Shown here piece by piece: positions 40,561 to 61,921 of a stretch of DNA of 64,000 nucleotides. The stretch is from NCBI RefSeq assembly GCF_009914755.1, contig NC_060948.1; one strand, 5' to 3'. Position 1 is the first letter of the stretch, and each line of letters begins with the position of its first letter. This DNA is from the human T2T-CHM13v2.0 reference genome, Homo sapiens. A model generated the notes under the pieces. It was not told where the DNA came from. It searched no databases and saw only the letters and a program-made list of their open reading frames with translations. The translations under genes and the position numbers were made by a program.

Positions 40561-43500
40561 CAATAGTTTCTTTTGGTGTGCAGAAGCTCTTTAGTTTAAT
40601 TAGTTTTCACTTGCTTATTTTGGTTTCTGTTTCAATTTCTTTTGGGGATTTAACAAAAATTATTTGCCAAGGGTGATATTAAGAAGATTTCCTAGGTTGT
40701 CTTCCAGAATTTGTATAGTTCAAGTTCTTACACTTGAATCTTTTTCCATTTAGAGTTACTTTTCTATATGGTGAAAGGTAAGGATCCAGCTTCAATCTTC
40801 TGCATATGGCCAGCCAGTTACCCTGGCAATATTTATTGAATAGGGAATCTTTTCTCTCTTGTTTATTTTGATGGGCCTTATCAAACATCAGGTGGTTGTA
40901 GGTGTGCAACTTTGTTTCTGAGTTTTCTAATTTGTTCCCTTCATCTATGTGTACATTTTTGTAATACTACCAAGTTTTTTGGTTACTGTGGCTTTATAGT
41001 ATAATTCAAAGTCAGGTAGTGTAATGTCTCTAGCTTTGTTCTTTTTGCTTAGGATTGCTTTGGCTATTTGGGCTCTTTTTTGCTTCCATATGAATTTTAG
41101 AATAGTTTTCTGTCATTCTATGAGGAATAACACTGGTAATTTATTTAAAAATAGCTTTGAATCTGTAAATTGCTTTGAGCAGTATGGTCATTTTTATGAT
41201 ATTGAGTCTTCCAATCCATGAGCATAAGATGTATTTTCCTATGTCTGTGTCATCTCTGATTTCTTTCAGTGATGTTTTACAGTTTCCTTGTAGCCATCTT
41301 TCACTTCCCTCATTAGCTGTATTTCTAGGTATTTCATTTTCTTTGTGGCTGTTGCAATGGGGATTCTGTTCTCAGTTTCATTCTAAGACTGGATATTGTT
41401 GGTGTTACAAATGGTATTGATTTTTTCACATTGACTTTGTATCCTGAAACTTTACTAAAATCATTTATAAGTTCTAGGAAGTCTTTGGCAGAGTCTTCAG
41501 GATTTCCGAGGTATATAATCATATTGCCCGTGAAGAGGGATAGTTTGACTTTGTTTCTTATTTGGATGTCTTTATTCTTTCTCTTGCCTGATTGCTCTGG
41601 CTAGGATTATCAGTACTTTGTTGAATAGGAGTTGTGAGAGACGGCATCCTTGTCTTGTGCCAGTTCTCAAGGGGAATGGTTCCGGCTTCTGTCCATTCAG
41701 TATGATGTTGGCTGTTTGCTTTTTATAAATGGCTCTTATAATTCTGAGGTATGTTCCTTTATTATTCCTTATAATATATATTATAATCAATAGTATAATA
41801 TTATTTATTATTATTGTACTTTTGAGTGTTTGTATAAAGAATGGAGGTTGGATTTTACTGAAAGCTGTGTCTATTGTATGGTTTTTGTTTTTTATTCTGT
41901 TTATGTGGTAAATCACATTTATTGATTTGTATATGTTGAGCCACTCTTATATGCCAGAAAGCAAGCCTACTTGATTATGACAAATTAACATTTTGATGTG
42001 CTGCTAAATTTGATTTGCTAGTATTTTGTTGAGAATTTTTGGCACCTATGTTCTTCAGGGATATTGGCCTGAAATTTTCTTTCTTTGTCATGTCTCTGCT
42101 AGATTTTGGCTACCAGGGTGATGTTGGTTTCATAGAATGAGTTGGGTAGAGTCCTTTCTCCTTGAGTTTTTAGAATAGTTGGAGTAGGATTGGTACCAGT
42201 TCTTTATATATCTGGTAGAATTTGGCTGTGAATTCATGTGGTTTTACATTTACATTTTTTGTTTTACATTTTTTGGTTGGTAGGTTCTTTATTACAGATT
42301 CAACTTCAGGGTTCCTTTCTGTCTGATTCAATGTTGCGAGATTGTGTGTCTCCATAAATTTATCCATTTGCTCTAGATTTTCCAATTTGTGAAGCTTAGT
42401 TTGTCAGAATATGAAATTTTTTATTAGAGTTTCTTTTCTATAAGTACACTAAAAATAGACACCCCTCCCCCTCAATCTCTTTGGCTTACAGGGTTTCTGC
42501 TGAGAAGCCTGCATAGCATTTCCTCTGTAGGTGACCTACCCTTTCTCTCTAGCTGCCTTTAAGATTTTTTTCTTTTGTATTTACCCTGTGGAATCTGATG
42601 ATGATGTGCCTTGGGGATGGAAGTCCTGTATTGTACTTGACTAGGGCTCTCTATATTTCTCGTATTTGCATGTCAACTTCTGATTAGGCAAATTTTTGTG
42701 GACTATATATGAGGAAATTTTGTGGAAAATATCAAGTATATTTTCCAAGTTGCTTATTTTCTCTTATTTCTCAGGAATGCTGATGAGTCACAGATTTTGT
42801 CTCTTTACATAATTTGATATTTCTGAGAGGTTTTGTTCATTTCTGTTAATTCCATTTTCTTTATTTTTGTCTGGCTGAGTTTATTCCAAGAACTTATCTC
42901 TGAGCTTTGAGATTCTTACCTCAGCTTGGCCTATTCTCTTGTAATACTTCCAATTGTATTATGAAATTCTTGTAGTGAATTTCAATAGGTTTTAGAATTT
43001 CAGTATGAAACTTTATTAAAATGGTTATTTTGTGTGTCAGTCCTTGAACGATTTTAGTGGATGGCTTGGCTTTCTTGAACTGAGTTTCAACTTTCTCCTT
43101 GATCTCATTGAGCTTCTTTGCCATCTAGACTCTGAATTCTGTGTTTGTCATTTCAGAAAATTCAGACTGATAAGGAACCATTACTGGGGACCTAGTGGAT
43201 GTGTTTGCAAGTTAGGGGACTGTCTAGCTTTTTGAATTGCTAGACTTCTCATGCTGATTCTTTCTCATTTAAGAGGGACTGTAGTCCTTCAATTGTGGTA
43301 TAATTTGAGAACAGTTAGTTGGGTTCATTTCTGGAAGTTTTCAGAGGGCTAACACTCTATACATGGTCCTTGCTTTGAATTCTTGCTTTTGGTTTCACTG
43401 AGGGGAAAATTAGTAGTGGTTTTTTGGTTGTTTGGGCTGAGATCATGTAGGAGATGATGCTTGAGAGCAGCAATGGGCAGTAGATGGGCTCTTGCTCAAG

Positions 43501-44207
43501 CACGTGGGTTCCATAGGTATCCTGATATTTGCAGCTGTGCAGCTCCCACTTCAGCCCACTAACCTGTGTGATGCAGTCCTCTCAGTTTTCTGAATGTGGG
43601 CTCCTCCCCTAGTCAAGGGGGAGAGAGGTGACTGCCTCACCACATCTGCTCATTTACCTTAGCAAAATGACCCTCAATCACTGTCCCTGTGCCCACAATT
43701 TTGTTTGTTGTTGTTGTTGTTAGGTCTTCCAGGCTGCAGTGCTCTCTTGAGGGGAGGTCTGGTAGGGAAATAGGCTACATGTTTAACGGACCAACCCTGT
43801 GGAGGGATGCATACCTAGGTCCCACTTCAGCCCATGAACCTGTGTGATGCAGCCCTCTCAGTTTGCTGAATGTGGTCTCCTCCCCTAATCAAGTGCCAAG
43901 CACAGATCCAAGCTCAACATTCCTAAGTCACAGGCAGCAGTCCCGGATGTGAGGTCTTGTGGGTGGCTCCCTCCTCTAGACACTCAAGATTTGGTTCTGG
44001 TTGTGGTGGGGGATCAGAAGAGCTCCCAGGCTGTGTAGTCAGGTGAAGCAAAGCGCCTAGGGTGGACACGGGAGGCTGCACTGTGTACATATTCTTATGG
44101 GGCAGCTAGGCAGGAACCCTGAGAGAGGCTAGAAGGCTGGAAGGCCTGCAGGACAGACATGCCCCAGTCCCATGGGGAAGCAGGCCCTGCTTTCTCCCCA
44201 GTGGTTA

Positions 44208-44777
<570 letters not shown>

Positions 44778-44999
44778 TCAGGGTCAAAATCAGCCATAGC
44801 ATTCAGATAGTTCATGCAGAGTCCCTAGCTTTCTTCATCTGCAGCCTAGGCATCTGCATTTTTCTTCATCTGCATTTGGTGTCTTCTCTCAGAAGCTGTG
44901 TTCAAATTATGCTGATGTAGTCAAAATCATGGTGTCACTCTGTGGAAGTGGTACTTGCTAGCTGCATCTAGTGAGCCATCTTGGAGATAAACCTCTGTT

Positions 45000-47620
45000 T
45001 GGGTCTTTAAATCTAAATTATTTTGTAGACAACACATACTTGCATTCCTGTTTTGTTATGTTTTGTCTTGTATTTTTAACCATTCATGAATTTCTGTGTT
45101 TTGATTAGATAATTTAATTCATTTACATTTAAAAAATCAATCATAAGGAAGAACTTATTTCTACCAATTTGCTACTTATATTTTTATGCTCTACACCTTT
45201 TTGTTCCTTCTTTTCTACATTACTGCCTTTGTGTTTAGGTGATTTTTGGTAATAAGCAGTTGCCATTTTTTTCTAATTTTCTTTTGTGTATATGTTATAA
45301 CTATTTTGTTCGTAGTTGCCATAAGAATTATTTATAACACTATACTTTGAATTTATAGCAAGTTTGTTTTAATAGCATACAAAAATTCTGCTCCTATAAC
45401 TATCATCAGTACCTAAATTCTATCCGGTATTGATGTCACAAAATTGCTTCCTACTGAATTGAGTGTCCAAAGTGGATGTTTTTGCATTAATGTTGAAATA
45501 ATGTTGACAACAAAACAGGGAGTCAAAGACCAAAGTTAAATAGTACTATCTTTTACATTTCATTTACTTTGGCCATAAGGCTTCATTTTTTCTTTTACTT
45601 ACTCTCTAGTGCTCTTTCATTTCAACCTGAAGTACTATTTTTAGTGGAAAGTAGAAAAAAGTCTAGTGGTAATAACTTCCATGGAAAGTCTAGTGGTAAT
45701 AAACTCCCTCAGCTTTTATTTATCTGAGGATAGCTTGATAACTTAATTTCTTCCTTATTTAGAAGACAGTTTTGCTGGATTTAGAATTCAAAGTTGACAG
45801 ATTGTTTTTCTTTCAATATTTTGATTATTAACCTATTTCCTTCTTGCCTCCAAGTTTTCTGATAAAATATCTGCTCGCATTCTTAATAAAGATGCTTTGT
45901 ATGTGGCAAGTCATTTTTCTCTCTGACTTCAAACTCGCTTAGTCTTTGACAAGTTTGATTATAAAGTGTGTAGATGTAGGTTTCTTTGAGTTCATTCTAC
46001 TTGGAAGTCATTGAACTTTTTGAATGTTTATATTCATGTATTTTCTCAAAATTTCAGTTTTCAGCCATTATTTCTTCAAATAATCCCCCCACTCCCTCCT
46101 TCCCTCTTTTCCTTCTTTCCTTCCTTCCTCTGGAACTCCAGAGTGTCTATGTTGGTCTGCCTGATGGGGTCCCATATGTGCCTTAGGCTCTATTTACTTT
46201 TCTTCAATATTTTTCTTTAATACATTTTTTTCCATCATCAACTTTTCTGATACTTTCTTCTGTGTGCTCAAATCTGCTTTTGAACCCCTCTAGTAAATTT
46301 TTTACCTCTGTAGTGAAAATACAGTTCAGTTCAGAATTTCTTTTTGGTTCCTTTCTATGTTTTTTTTTCTTTTTTTTTTTTTTTGTGAGACACAGTTTCA
46401 CTCTTTCACCCAGGCTAGAGTGAAGTAGCATGATCTTGGCTCGCTGTAACCTGTTCCACCCAGGTTCAAGTGATTCTCCTCCCTCAGTCTCCCCAGTAGC
46501 TGGGATTACAGGCACCTGCCACCATGCTCGGCTAATTTTTGTATTTTTAGTAGAGAATGGGTTTCACCATATTGGTCAGACTGGTCTCAAACTCCTGACC
46601 TCAGGTGATCCCCCAACCTTGGCCTCCCAAAGTGCTAGGATTTACAGGCATGAGCCACTGCGCCCAGCCTGTTTTCTATTTTTAATTTATATTTATATTT
46701 TGTTCACACATCATTTTCTTGAATTTGTCCATGTGTTTCTTTTACTCTTTAACCATCTTTTAAACAGTTGGTTTAATACCTTTGTCTAATAAGTCTGCCA
46801 TCTGATCTTTCTCAGAGTTTTTTCTGTTTATATTTTCCTTTAAATGAGCCACACTTTTTTGTTTCTTGGTAGGCCTTATGTTGTTTGTTGAAAGCTGGAT
46901 ATTTGAATCTTAAAATGTACGTGCCCTGAAAATCAGATTGTTTGCCCATTGTATTTATTTTATTGTTGCAAGGTGTCTGTGTGTCAGGGATTGGCTTTCA
47001 CAGAAGTATAAACACGAAGTCTTCTCATGTCTATTCTAAGTTGTGCCTTACCTTGGGCAGCAAAGCTGCTGACTTTCTAAATTCTTCTACATTTGTAGTA
47101 GCTAGATTTTGGGAGTTCTAGCCTTTCAATCCTAGTCTGAATGCTAACAGGATGAAAAGGAAAAGTAAGCAGACTAAAGATGGCTTTAGCTCTTACATCC
47201 CCTAGAATACTCTTCAGTCAGGGCATACTGCAAAAATGGTGAATTGACTTTGTGCCTTTACCTCTTTTATTAGACGCAGCAATCAGCCATTTCTGATATC
47301 TGGATAATAAGGTCCTTGTTTCCCTCCTTGACTTCTGCATGTCACATGCAAGCTGCTCCAGGAACATGGGTAGGGCTGCTTGTCATGGTAATTAGGGTTG
47401 GAGTTGAGTCATGTGGTCATGCTATATTCATCTAAGAGCTAAGAGCTGAATTACTGGAAATCAACTGAAATTTAACAATAAAGTTTGACCTTGGAAGTGA
47501 CAAATTACCAGATAGACTCCAGAGTTCTGCGATAGTTACATCAAACAGGTTCTGCCAGTAGAATTGTTATTTTGGGGAGGAGATTGGTTTCTAGCACTTT
47601 CTACTGTGCTGTCTTCCCTT
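45000..47620 (-). mobile_element. Old L1M (L1MC/MD-type) 5'UTR-ORF1-ORF2 start
   Basis: aaactccctcagcttttatttatctgagg; tttcagccattatttcttcaaataat; EVKNLLEGFKSRFEHTEESI (ORF1-like). Confidence 0.7.
46360..46669 (-). mobile_element. AluSx-like
   Basis: Poly-T followed by gagacacagtttcact...gagccactgcgcccagcc. Confidence 0.9.
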
Positions 47621-49059
47621 ACCCCCCTCCCTCAATAAAGTTTTAAAACATTAAAATTTCCTGTTTCAATTTCTACTTAGGATAGAGTAAGCACATTTTA
47701 TTCTCCCTTTGTCTGACTATGATAATATCCTGGACATTATGTAGCTACTAGAAAATTCAAAAAGGAGGGCAATAGTGGACAGGCTGGGGAGAAAATTAAA
47801 GTCTTTTGGGTTCTTGAAACATTTTGTTTTGTGTTGTCTTTAGGTACTATATATCTCATGTAATTTCTGGGGAGAACTGAAATCTGAAACCAAGGGAAGG
47901 CACAGACAGGGGAAACTTCTAGAAGAAACTTTGGAAACCAGAGACTGGAGGGAAGAGCTAAAAGAGTAAGTGATTTAACCTATATATAAAATTCTGAGCT
48001 GTATGTAATGTTCCTTTTTAGCCAGTGGACAGGCATAAAAGAAGAAAAAACAAGGCTGGGTCAAAAAAGAAATTTTTGGAAGTTTCCGTATCCTACACTA
48101 GTCCAAAGCCTAAAAAGCAAAATCTACCTACTGCCATCAGCTACTCTAATGGTTACTACAGGAGAAAGGTTGGTTACCTCTCTGTGAGCTATGCATTAGC
48201 AGCAACAGTGATTCCAGGGCAAATATCTGTGCTTCTCACCATCTACATTAGGCAACTGGCAACAGCTGGGCAAAACTCTTCTGCATCCCCATCAGCAGCA
48301 TTTGTCCCAGTAAAGTAGAGATCTGTTGACCTTATATTGCAAACCAGGTGAGCCTCAGCAATTCAATTACAGCTTCTTTCTCCAAACTGGTAGTAGTAGG
48401 CACTGAGTTGGATATATGTTGAGTCTCTTCACTCTGGCAATTACTGGCAATCAGGTGACAACTCTCAGAGATCTGTTACATTTTCCCTCATCTTATTAGG
48501 CAAGTTCCACTAGTGAAGTGGTTGCTGTACCATCCTCAGATACACTGAAAATATCTAAAGACAGAAGATCTACAGACTCTTTCCACCCTATACCAATTAC
48601 GTGACATTGGCACTTAGTTTGCCAGAACCCAAGAAAGGGAAACACTGAGAACCACAGACTGGAGGGAGGAGCTAAGAGGGTAAATGAATTTACCTGCATA
48701 TTAAATTCTGAGCTGTACATATGTAACACCATATTAAGAGAAATAAACATTCCCATGAAGATTTTAATAAGACTAGAATCCCAAAACATATTTTAAATGT
48801 TCAAAATACAATCTAAAAATACACAATAAAAATTATGCAGAAAATGTCATAAAATCAACTCATGACAATCAAGAGTATTTTGAGCATTTCAGAGTAAATG
48901 ACAACAACACCAGTATATTTGGTGGAAGAAGCTCCATGGTATAAGGAGATAACACAAAAAACCAATACATTTGAAAATAAGAATTGTCCAAACTGAACAA
49001 CCAAAAAATTAGAAAAAAAAATAGGCACCAAGAAACATTTAGAATAATATAAATATATC

Positions 49060-52146
<3,087 letters not shown>

Positions 52147-53397
52147 AGAATAACATAAAAATATCTATCATCCATCCAAAATATCTAATATTCCAAAAAG
52201 AAAAATTGGTTTAGAATAATATCTTAGAAAATAATGGCTTAATATTTTGAAAACTTGAATGAAATACCAAACTTACATATTAAAAAACCTCAGCAAACAC
52301 CAGACTAACTCCAAAACTCCCACATTTAGACATATTGTAATATAACTACATGAAACAAAAGATAAATAATATTTGAAAGGAAAAGAGAAAATTACATATA
52401 GAGTAACAAAGGTGGAAACAACTTTGACTCTTTCATCATAAATCAGCTGGAAGACACTTGAACAACATTTAAAAATTACCAAAAGAAAAAAATTACCAAG
52501 CACAGCTCTATCTTTATTGAACATACCTTTCAGTATCAAAGACGAAATAAAGACTTGGATACAGAAAAAAAGAGAATTCATAACCACAACATAGTTTTAA
52601 AAACATATATTTAGAGAAACAAGCAGCAAGGGTAGTGAAAATAAAGAGAAACCAGGAATGCCAGAAATAAAGAGGAGGAAAATAATTTAAAAATCTGTGT
52701 AAAATAGGCTACTTTTGTCTCTTAAGCTGATCTTACCTATTAAATTTTTGAAATGTGAAAAAAATGAAAAAATTATTATAATATTGTTAATAAGATTTCC
52801 TTGTTTGAAAATGTAACAATTAAGTGAGCACATACTAAAGGAATGTGGCAATAAAACATATAGGGTTGTGAGGTTTCTATATTTTAATTGAAATGGTAAG
52901 CATTATTTCTAAGTAAATTGTATAAAGTTTGTTATGTATGTTGTATACCCAGAGGATCCACCTTAAAAAGTGTAAATTTTAATGCATGTTAAAAGTATTA
53001 TACACAATTACCAGTGATCTTGTTCCTGGAATGAAAGAATGTCAATGTACAAACATCAGTTGAATGTACCACATTACTCAAATGAAGATAAAATACCACA
53101 TGGCCATTGAAGTTGGTGAAGAAAAAGCATTTGACAACCTGTAATACTCTTTCATCATAAAAACACTCAACAGACTAGAAACAGAAAAATTTTCCTCACA
53201 CAATAAAGACTATATACAAAAACCCACAGCTGCTAGTAGTCAATACAGGAAAACTAAATACTTTTCCTCCAAGATCAGAAAGAGAACAAGGATGTCAAGT
53301 TCTAATACTTCCACACAGTACTGGAAGAACTCTTCAGAGCAATCAAGCAGGAAAAAGAAACTAAAAGCATCCAAATTGAAAAGAAAAAAGTAAAATA

Positions 53398-53708
53398 GGC
53401 CCAGGAATGGTGGCTCACTCCTATAATCCCAAAACACTGGGAAGCTGAGGAGGGAGTATTAGTTGAGGCCAGGAGTTTCAGACCAAGCTGGGCAATACAG
53501 TGAAACATCATCTCTACAACAATTTTTATTTTAAAAAGAAAATTAGCCAGATGTAATGGTGTATGCCTGTAGTCCAAGCAATATGGGAGGCTGAGGTGGG
53601 AGGATAGCTTAAGTCCAGCAGTTCAAGTTTGCAGTGGCCTATAGTCAAACTGCTATACTCCAGATTGGATGACAGAGCAAGAGGCTGTCTGTTAAAAAAA
53701 AAAAAAAA
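53398..53708 (+). mobile_element. AluJ
   Basis: ggcccaggaatggtggctcac...gaggccaggagttt...gctgaggtgggagga. Confidence 0.85.
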
Positions 53709-53756
53709 TCTGTGTTTGCAGACAGGATGATCTTATATGTAGAAAGTCTGAAAAGT

Positions 53757-53763
53757 ACACACA

Positions 53764-53795
<32 letters not shown>
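53757..53795. repeat. (CA)n microsatellite
   Basis: About 19 AC units with one interruption. Confidence 0.95.
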
Positions 53796-54008
53796 TCCTC
53801 TTGAAATTAATAAAGTCAGAAAGTTGTATTATACAAAATCAAAGAAACACAAATCAGTTGCATTTTATGGACTATTATTTAACAAACTGAAAAAACTTAA
53901 GTAAACAATTCTACTTACAGTAGCACTAAAAAGATTAAACACTTGGTGATAAATGTAGCAAATAATATAAAACAATTGTATTATTAAAACTACAAAACAT
54001 TGATGTCT

Positions 54009-54325
54009 GGCTGGGTGACATGGCTCATGCTTGTATTTCCAGCACTTTGGGAGGTCCAGGTGAGCAAATCATCTGAGGTTAGTAATTCCAGACTAGCCTG
54101 GCCAAACCTGGTGAAACCCCAACTCTACTAAAAATACAAAAATTAGCCAGGCTTGGTGGTGGGTGCCTGTACTCCCAGGTACTCAGAAGGTTGAGGCAGG
54201 AGAATCGCTTGAACCCAGGAGGCGAACATTGCGGTGAGCTGAGATTGAGCCACTGCACTCCAGCCTGGGTGACAGAGTGAGACTCTGTCTCAAACAACAA
54301 CAAAACAACAACAACAACAACAAAA
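54009..54325 (+). mobile_element. AluS with (CAA)n tail
   Basis: ggctgggtgacatggctcatg...gagactctgtctc followed by aacaacaac. Confidence 0.9.
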
Positions 54326-54587
54326 ACCCCCATACTAAAATGTACAACGAGTCTTCAGGCAAAACAGTCTTACACAAGAAGAACAAAGTTAGCCATCTCA
54401 CACTTCTTCATTTCAATTTTTATTACAAAGCAATCAAATAGAATTTCACTGATACGAGAACAGACAAATAGAACAATAAAATACAATAGAGAGACCAGGA
54501 ATAAACCTTCACACTTGGTGCAATGAACTTTGCCAAAGTTGGGAGAAAGCAAAGTCTTCAACAGTGCTTAGAAACAATAGCTATTCA

Positions 54588-59456
<4,869 letters not shown>

Positions 59457-59591
59457 AGAAACAATAGCTATTCAAAAGAATGATGTTGGGCCTTTGCCTT
59501 GTATAATACACAAAAGTTAACTGAAAGTGTATTCAGGAGCTAAGTGTAAAACATAAAACTATAAAACTTTTCCAAGAAAATACAGGAGAAT

Positions 59592-59883
<292 letters not shown>

Positions 59884-60497
59884 GAAAACACAGGAGAAAA
59901 TAAGTTATGACAGTTGATATGGCAATGAATTCTAGGATATAGGACCAAAGCATAGGCAACAACAAAATTAGATATGTTGAAATTTATCAAAATTAAAAAC
60001 TAGTTTATTCAAAAAAACTATCAATTGGGTTAAAAAGACAACCCACAAATAAGATATTTGTAGATTTCATATCTGAAAATAGATTAGTATCAAATATACA
60101 TGTAAAAAACTTCAACAACTCAAAAAAAGTTTTTAAGTGGCCAAAGGGTTTAATAGACATTTCTCCAAAAAGGCTATACCAATAGCCTATTCTATATCAC
60201 AAACCATTAAATAAATGTAAATCAAATCCATAACGAAATACTACCTTTTGGGATAGCTGTTATCAAAAAACAAAAAAGAAAGACTGAAAGAAATGTAAGA
60301 AAAAAACAATATGGCAAATGTTAGTGAATGCAGAGAAATGTGAATCTTTGTGCATTGATGGTAAAATATAAGATGATGTAGCCACTGTGAAAAACAGTTT
60401 GGCAGTGCTTCAAAGAGGTATAGAATTACCATATAAACCAAAAAAATCCATTTCTAGGTATTTTCCCCTACAGAAGTAAATGCAATTCTTTAAACAT

Positions 60498-60916
60498 TAT
60501 ATAGTCTATTTGTGTTGCTATAAAGGAATACCTGAGGCTAGGTAACTTATAAAGAAAACAGTTTTATTTGCCTCATGGTTCTACAGACTGTATAAGCATG
60601 GCCCCAGGATCTGCTTCTGGTGGAGAGTCTCAAGGAGCTTCCACTCACGGCAGAAGATGAAGGGGAGTCAGCACGTGCAGAGATCACATGACAGGAAGAA
60701 GCAAGAGGAAGTGAGAGGAGGTGCCAGTTTCTTCTAACAACCAACTCTTAAGAGAATTCTCATGGAAACTGGTAGAGCAATAACTCACTCATTACTCATA
60801 CTAAGTCATTCATGAAGGATCCACCCCATGATCAAAACTCCTCCTATCAGGGCCTATCTCTAACTTTGGGGCTCAATTTCAACATGATAAATATCAGGGT
60901 CAAAAAATCACATCCA
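60498..60916 (-). mobile_element. MaLR solo LTR (MSTB-like)
   Basis: tttgtgttgctataaaggaatacctgaggctaggtaacttataaag...ttcaacatga. Confidence 0.8.
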
Positions 60917-61921
60917 AATGATTGCACAGATACTTGTATACCAATGTTCAGAGCAGCACTCTTCAAAATAGTCAAAAGATTAAAACAACCCAAATGTTGT
61001 CAACAGAGGAACAAATAAACATGTGTTATATACATATGAATAGAATATTATTCGGCCTTAAAGGGAATTAAAATTTGGATACATGCTATGACATGGATAA
61101 ACTGTGGGGGAAAACTATGTAAAGTGAAAGAAACCAAACACAAATGGGCAAACATTTGTGTAGTGGAGGCAAACCTCCACTCATATGAGTTACCTAGATG
61201 AACAGGCAAATTTATAGAGACAGAAATTAGAGGCTATGAATGCTGGGGCAGAGTAATGAAAATTGTTGTTTTGTAAGTACAGAGTTTCTGTTTGGGATGA
61301 TTTTTTAATGTTCTGGAAATTCATAGTTGTAATGTTTGCACAATATTGTACCTGTTCTGATTGCCTATGAATTGGAGAATAAAAGTTGTTTAAATAAAAA
61401 CAATTGCATTAGCACACTTCAAAATACATATTTTAAAACCATAGAATTATAGTTTCTGTTTGGGTATGTAAGATGCTTGAAAGTTGTTCCTTCATCCTAG
61501 CAAGTAAAAAGCAAAACAAACTAAAAAATCAATAGTTCTTCTTAGATCTATTGGAAAACCGAGGTCACAGAACAAATTAATGCTGCCCCAAAATTAGAAA
61601 GAGACAGGAGAATATAGAGAATCACTGTTTACGGGTTATACAAGAGCAGAAATCACCACAGGAATTAGTACTCCAAAAGGAAAACCTAAACTATTGTGGA
61701 TTAATTGCTGGAAACTTAGTACGGACAAGTCTGAGAACTAAAAGCCCCAGGGACACATAGGGGAGACCCAGCAATAGGAGGACCACACAAATTGTATTTT
61801 ACCTCCAGAAGCTCTGCTAGTTTCTCACAGCAAAATCAGAGAAAAATCTACATATACTCCTTGTAGTGGTAGGAGGGAGATGGGAATTTGGAAGAACATC
61901 AGAATATTCGGAAGGTTGTTT

